Origin: Oscillibacter sp.
GTDB lineage: Bacteria; Bacillota; Clostridia; Oscillospirales; Oscillospiraceae
Assembly (NCBI GenBank): GCA_017526785.1
Contig: JAFXQV010000031.1
Location: 38,624 to 102,623, forward strand
Reading direction: 5' to 3'
Length of the DNA stretch: 64,000 nucleotides
Within the stretch, counting starts at the first letter, position 1. Every line of letters begins with the position of its first letter. The notes below the pieces were generated by a model. The model saw only the letters and a program-made list of their open reading frames with translations. It ran no database searches and was not told the origin of the DNA. The position numbers and the translations under genes were made by a program. Below, piece after piece: positions 60,374 through 64,000 of the stretch.

Positions 60374-61573
60374 ATGTTTCAATACAACACCATTGAGGAA
60401 GCGCTGGACGCACTCCGGCAGGGGAAACTTGTCATGGTTTCCGACGACGCCGACCGCGAGAACGAGGGAGACTTAATCTGTGCGGCGCAGTTCGCCACGC
60501 TCGAAAACGTCAACTTCATGGCGGTTCACGCCAAGGGGCTGATTTGCATGCCCATGTCCGAAGACTATGTGCGGAAGCTACAGTTTCCGCAGATGGTCTC
60601 CCACAACACCGACAACCACGAAACGGCGTTCACGGTGTCGGTAGACCACATATCGACCACCACGGGCATTTCGGCGGCGGAACGTTCCGTAACCGCCATG
60701 AAGTGCGTGGACGACGACGCGAAACCGACGGACTTTCGCCGTCCGGGGCATATGTTCCCGCTTCTGGCCAAGCCCCACGGCGTCTTGGAGCGCAACGGAC
60801 ACACAGAGGCGACCGTCGACCTGTTGCGCCTTGCGGGGCTGAAAACGTGCGGGCTGTGCTGTGAGGTCATGCGCGACGACGGCACCATGATGAGGACGGA
60901 GGAACTCCAACAGAAAGCCCAAGAGTGGGGGCTTGTCTTTGTGACAATCAAGGACTTGCAGAATTACCGCAAGCGCCACGAAAAACTTGTAGAGCAAGTC
61001 GCCGTGACGCGCCTGCCGACGAAGTACGGGAATTTCACGGCGTACGGCTACCGGAATTTGTTGAACGGGGAACACCATGTAGCGCTTGTCAAGGGCGACA
61101 TCGGCGACGGGGAAAATATTCTCTGCCGCGTACACTCGGAATGTCTGACGGGCGACACGTTCGGGTCACTGCGCTGTGACTGCGGACAGCAACTGGCGTC
61201 CGCGCTGACGCAAATCGAAAAAGAGGGGCGCGGCGTACTGCTGTACATGCGTCAGGAGGGGCGCGGAATCGGGCTTCTAAACAAACTCCGGGCGTACGCG
61301 CTTCAGGACGGCGGCATGGACACCTTAGAGGCCAATATCGCGTTAGGGTTCGAGGCCGACTTGCGCGAGTATTATATAGGGGCGCAGATTCTGCGTGATT
61401 TGGGCGTCCGGACTATGCGCCTTTTGACGAACAACCCCGACAAGGTCTATCAGCTCTCTGATTTCGGGCTTGAAATCGTGGAGCGCGTCCCGATTCAGAT
61501 GGAGGCCACCCCCGACGATTTATTCTACTTGCGGACGAAGCAGAAGCGTATGGGGCATTTTCTCAACTACTGA
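60374..61573 (+). CDS. ribBA: Bifunctional 3,4-dihydroxy-2-butanone-4-phosphate synthase / GTP cyclohydrolase II
   Basis: 399 aa. Contains [17 protein letters not shown], and [17 protein letters not shown]. Confidence 0.95.
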   Translation: MFQYNTIEEALDALRQGKLVMVSDDADRENEGDLICAAQFATLENVNFMAVHAKGLICMPMSEDYVRKLQFPQMVSHNTDNHETAFTVSVDHISTTTGISAAERSVTAMKCVDDDAKPTDFRRPGHMFPLLAKPHGVLERNGHTEATVDLLRLAGLKTCGLCCEVMRDDGTMMRTEELQQKAQEWGLVFVTIKDLQNYRKRHEKLVEQVAVTRLPTKYGNFTAYGYRNLLNGEHHVALVKGDIGDGENILCRVHSECLTGDTFGSLRCDCGQQLASALTQIEKEGRGVLLYMRQEGRGIGLLNKLRAYALQDGGMDTLEANIALGFEADLREYYIGAQILRDLGVRTMRLLTNNPDKVYQLSDFGLEIVERVPIQMEATPDDLFYLRTKQKRMGHFLNY

Positions 61574-61601
61574 CCGCTTTTCGAGTAAGGAGTGACAGAA
61601 T

Positions 61602-62075
61602 ATGAAAGTTTACGAGGGCATGCTGGACGGCAAGGGCATTCGTGTCGGCATTGTGGCGGCGCGGTTCAACGAGTTCATTGTGTCGAAACTGCTGGGCGGC
61701 TGTGAGGACGCACTGCTTCGGCACGGCGTCGCGCCGGACGATATCGCGCTTGCGTGGGTGCCGGGCGCGTTTGAAATCCCGCTGATTGCCACGCGTATGG
61801 CGCAAAGCGGCAAGTATGACGCCGTAATCGCGCTGGGCGCGGTGATTCGCGGCTCGACCGACCACTACCAGTACGTGTGCGCGGAGGTGTCGAAGGGAAT
61901 CGCGGCGGCGTCGCTGTCGACGGGCGTTCCGGTGATGTTCGGCGTGCTGACCACGGACAATATCGAGCAGGCCATTGAGCGCGCCGGAACCAAGGCCGGA
62001 AACAAGGGCGCGGACTGCGCCGTGGGTGCCATTGAGATGGTGAATCTGGGGCGGAGTATGAAGGAGGTACCGTGA
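61602..62075 (+). CDS. ribH: 6,7-dimethyl-8-ribityllumazine synthase
   Basis: 157 aa. Contains [18 protein letters not shown] and [11 protein letters not shown]. Confidence 0.95.
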   Translation: MKVYEGMLDGKGIRVGIVAARFNEFIVSKLLGGCEDALLRHGVAPDDIALAWVPGAFEIPLIATRMAQSGKYDAVIALGAVIRGSTDHYQYVCAEVSKGIAAASLSTGVPVMFGVLTTDNIEQAIERAGTKAGNKGADCAVGAIEMVNLGRSMKEVP

Positions 62076-64000
62076 CAAATATCAACCGCAAACGCGGGCA
62101 ATGGAGCCGGATACTGTGCGCGCTGTTGTGCGCGCTGGCGCTGGCGGGGTACGCGGCGGCGGCGGACACGGCCACGCGTACGGAGGAAATCGGCACGGCG
62201 TCGCCGCGGACAGTGCCGCGAATCGGTGCCGCGTCCGGCGACAACGACGCGAATTTCTGCGGCTATCTGGCGGCGCTGGGACGCCGTGCCGCGCCGGAGG
62301 TGGAGGATTACGCGTCGGTTTCCGCCGGGAAACATCTCCAAGGGTTCGACCGGAAACTTTACGACATTCTGAAAGAGGATGTCAAAAAAGTGGCGGCGGG
62401 GAATCGGGAATCGACGATTTTCCGCTTCACGGCCGACGACTTGGGGCTGAATGGGAAGTCGTGGACGGCGGCGGAACTGGGCGTGACCGTCGCAAAGGAC
62501 GCCTCCGGGCAGTTGACCGACGCCACATGGGACGCCGTCTGGGAGCCGCTCTACCGGGCAATCGGACACGACCGCCAGAAGTCAAGCTCCGCCATCATGG
62601 ACAAACTGCTGGCCGACTGCCCGTTTGAACTGTACTGGTTCGCCAAGTCGTACGAGGGCGCGGACAACGCCGCCGCCCACTGGACGTATCACTGGTCGGT
62701 CAAGTACAGCGAAAACAAGGGCTTTACGTTCGCCAGCGACGCCTATCTGGACGTGGAAATGATGGTGGCCGAGAACTACGCCAAGAGCGCGGACGACGAC
62801 AGTTACTATAATTACAAAATTGACACAAGCCTCGCGAAAAAGGCGGCCTCTATCGCGGCCAACGCGCAGAAAATCGTCGACGCCAACAAGAGCCGTACGG
62901 ACTTCGAGAAGTTGACGGCCTACCGTGACGCAATCTGTGACGCGGTGTCCTACGACCACGCGGCGGCGCAACAGGGTTCCGATGTCTACGGAAACGGGCC
63001 TTGGCAGTTAATCCGCGTCTTTGACGGCGACGCGTCGACGAATGTCGTATGCGAGGGCTACGCGAAAGCGTTTCAATACCTCTGCGAGCTGACGAATTTT
63101 TCGGGCGACGTGGCCTCTTACATCATCACGGGCGACTTAATCGACCGTTCCGGCAAGCCGGGGCCGCATATGTGGAACCACGTCCGCATAAACGGGCGCT
63201 ACTGGCTGGTCGACCTGACCAACTGTGACGTGGACGGCGTGCCGCGTGACTGGCTGTTTTTCAAGGCACCGTACGCCCACGACGTGCAGGGCGGGAAACA
63301 CTCCTACGCCTTCGCGCGTAACGGAGAAGTGGCGTTGCGCTATAACAATCTGACGAACGTCTATGAGGCGGACGAGGTTGTGAATCTGACGGAAGTCGAT
63401 TACGCGTCGCTTGACAGGAACGCCGCGAACACGCCCGCGCCGGATAACGGCAATACGTCGACGCCCGCGCCGGACAGCGGCCATACGTCGACGCCCGCGC
63501 CGGACAACGGCAACACGTCCCAACCCGCGCCGGACAGCGGCCACACGTCGACGCCCGCGCCGGATACGGAACCCGTGCCGGGTCTGTCCCCGGAGAACGC
63601 CGACTGGTCTGTGACGTACCCCGTGACGGTCACGGCGGGATACGCCGACTACGCGGAAGCCCCGGCGGGTATCGCGGTCAGCGTCACGGCGAACCCCGCC
63701 CCGGAGGGACAGCGTTTCATGACGTGGGGCGGGGCGTCCGGACTGACCTTCGTACGCGGAAGCCTGTCCTCGGCGTCGGCCACGTTTATTATGCCGTCCG
63801 CGCCGCTGTACCTGTCGGCGGTGTACCAGCAGGCGGGATTCGACGACGTGGAGCCGGGCGCGTACTACGCCCAGCCCGTGGCGTGGGCGATATCGCGGGG
63901 TATCACGAACGGCGTCAGCCCCACGAACTTCAACCCCCACGACACCTGCACACGCGCCCAGATTCTGACATTCCTGTACCGCGCCGCCGGGCAACCCGAA
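62072..64000 (+). CDS. Secreted transglutaminase-like (Cys-His-Asp papain-fold) protein with Thr/Pro repeat linker, Ig/B-repeat-like domain and C-terminal SLH domain; 3' end beyond the window
   Basis: My own translation, since this is an open-ended ORF absent from the track. The GTG overlaps the ribH TGA and has AGGAGG 4 nt upstream. Signal peptide [33 protein letters not shown]...[21 protein letters not shown] (C/H/D triad spacing of transglutaminase-like enzymes). [25 protein letters not shown]...[21 protein letters not shown] (SLH). Confidence 0.75.
   Translation, partial: MTNINRKRGQWSRILCALLCALALAGYAAAADTATRTEEIGTASPRTVPRIGAASGDNDANFCGYLAALGRRAAPEVEDYASVSAGKHLQGFDRKLYDILKEDVKKVAAGNRESTIFRFTADDLGLNGKSWTAAELGVTVAKDASGQLTDATWDAVWEPLYRAIGHDRQKSSSAIMDKLLADCPFELYWFAKSYEGADNAAAHWTYHWSVKYSENKGFTFASDAYLDVEMMVAENYAKSADDDSYYNYKIDTSLAKKAASIAANAQKIVDANKSRTDFEKLTAYRDAICDAVSYDHAAAQQGSDVYGNGPWQLIRVFDGDASTNVVCEGYAKAFQYLCELTNFSGDVASYIITGDLIDRSGKPGPHMWNHVRINGRYWLVDLTNCDVDGVPRDWLFFKAPYAHDVQGGKHSYAFARNGEVALRYNNLTNVYEADEVVNLTEVDYASLDRNAANTPAPDNGNTSTPAPDSGHTSTPAPDNGNTSQPAPDSGHTSTPAPDTEPVPGLSPENADWSVTYPVTVTAGYADYAEAPAGIAVSVTANPAPEGQRFMTWGGASGLTFVRGSLSSASATFIMPSAPLYLSAVYQQAGFDDVEPGAYYAQPVAWAISRGITNGVSPTNFNPHDTCTRAQILTFLYRAAGQPE
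63431..63565 (+). repeat. About 4.5 copies of a 30-bp in-frame tandem repeat (TPAPD(N/S)G(N/H)TS)
   Basis: Copies start at 63431, 63461, 63491, 63521 and 63551. Confidence 0.9.

Noticed and set aside
62101-62628. ORF-track entry 62101-62628(+), 175 aa, and the minus-strand ORFs 61865-62569 and 62582-62971
   Set aside because: These are wrong frames. The frame starting at GTG 62072 is open to the window end and encodes a signal peptide, transglutaminase-like motifs and an SLH domain. It is missing from the track only because it has no stop codon within the window.
1-64000. Search for mobile-element hallmarks or known defence systems: integrase, transposase, reverse transcriptase, restriction-modification, cas, Abi/CBASS-type genes
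   Set aside because: None of the supported ORFs shows such motifs. Only TA modules and a Uma2 remnant were found, so no mobile element or classical defence island is called.

Overview
GC-rich (roughly 60% G+C by eye) chromosomal segment of a Gram-positive anaerobe. The content fits a spore-forming, butyrate-producing Clostridia/Oscillospiraceae-type genome: Rnf complex, butyryl-CoA:acetate CoA-transferase-like gene, YtfI/GerW sporulation genes, IspH-S1 fusion and an SLH-anchored protein. I can support about 65 protein genes, mostly housekeeping: trpB2, ispD/ispF, carD, alr, nnrD, cls, dapF, rny, rnfCDGEAB, split transketolase, lgt/folD, an M16 peptidase pair, scpAB, a DD-carboxypeptidase, rluB, cmk, plsC, ispH-rpsA, rplJL and ribD-E-BA-H. 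I saw no rRNA, complete tRNA, CRISPR array, transposase or integrase. The more unusual content is: (1) a five-gene operon (6007-10953, minus) with a STAS protein, an unrecognisable 373-aa protein, a membrane PP2C phosphatase, an RsbW-like kinase and a PAS/HD-GYP phosphodiesterase, but no sigma factor. This is my best candidate for an undescribed signalling system. (2) Four type II toxin genes: two DinJ-YafQ pairs, one RelBE pair, and a MazF with no visible antitoxin. (3) An in-frame Lgt-FolD fusion spanning an A9 homopolymer. (4) An unclassified structured leader RNA beside an orphan trpB2. (5) An unusually short FMN-riboswitch-like element ahead of the rib operon, whose last gene is translationally coupled to a transglutaminase-like SLH protein. 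(6) A tandem pair of paralogous small membrane proteins next to a Uma2 nuclease remnant. (7) Five proteins with perfect or near-perfect in-frame tandem DNA repeats, including a 541-aa disordered protein and a ScpB with a roughly 240-aa C-terminal extension. All functional calls come from reading the translated ORFs and recognising motifs; no database search was run.
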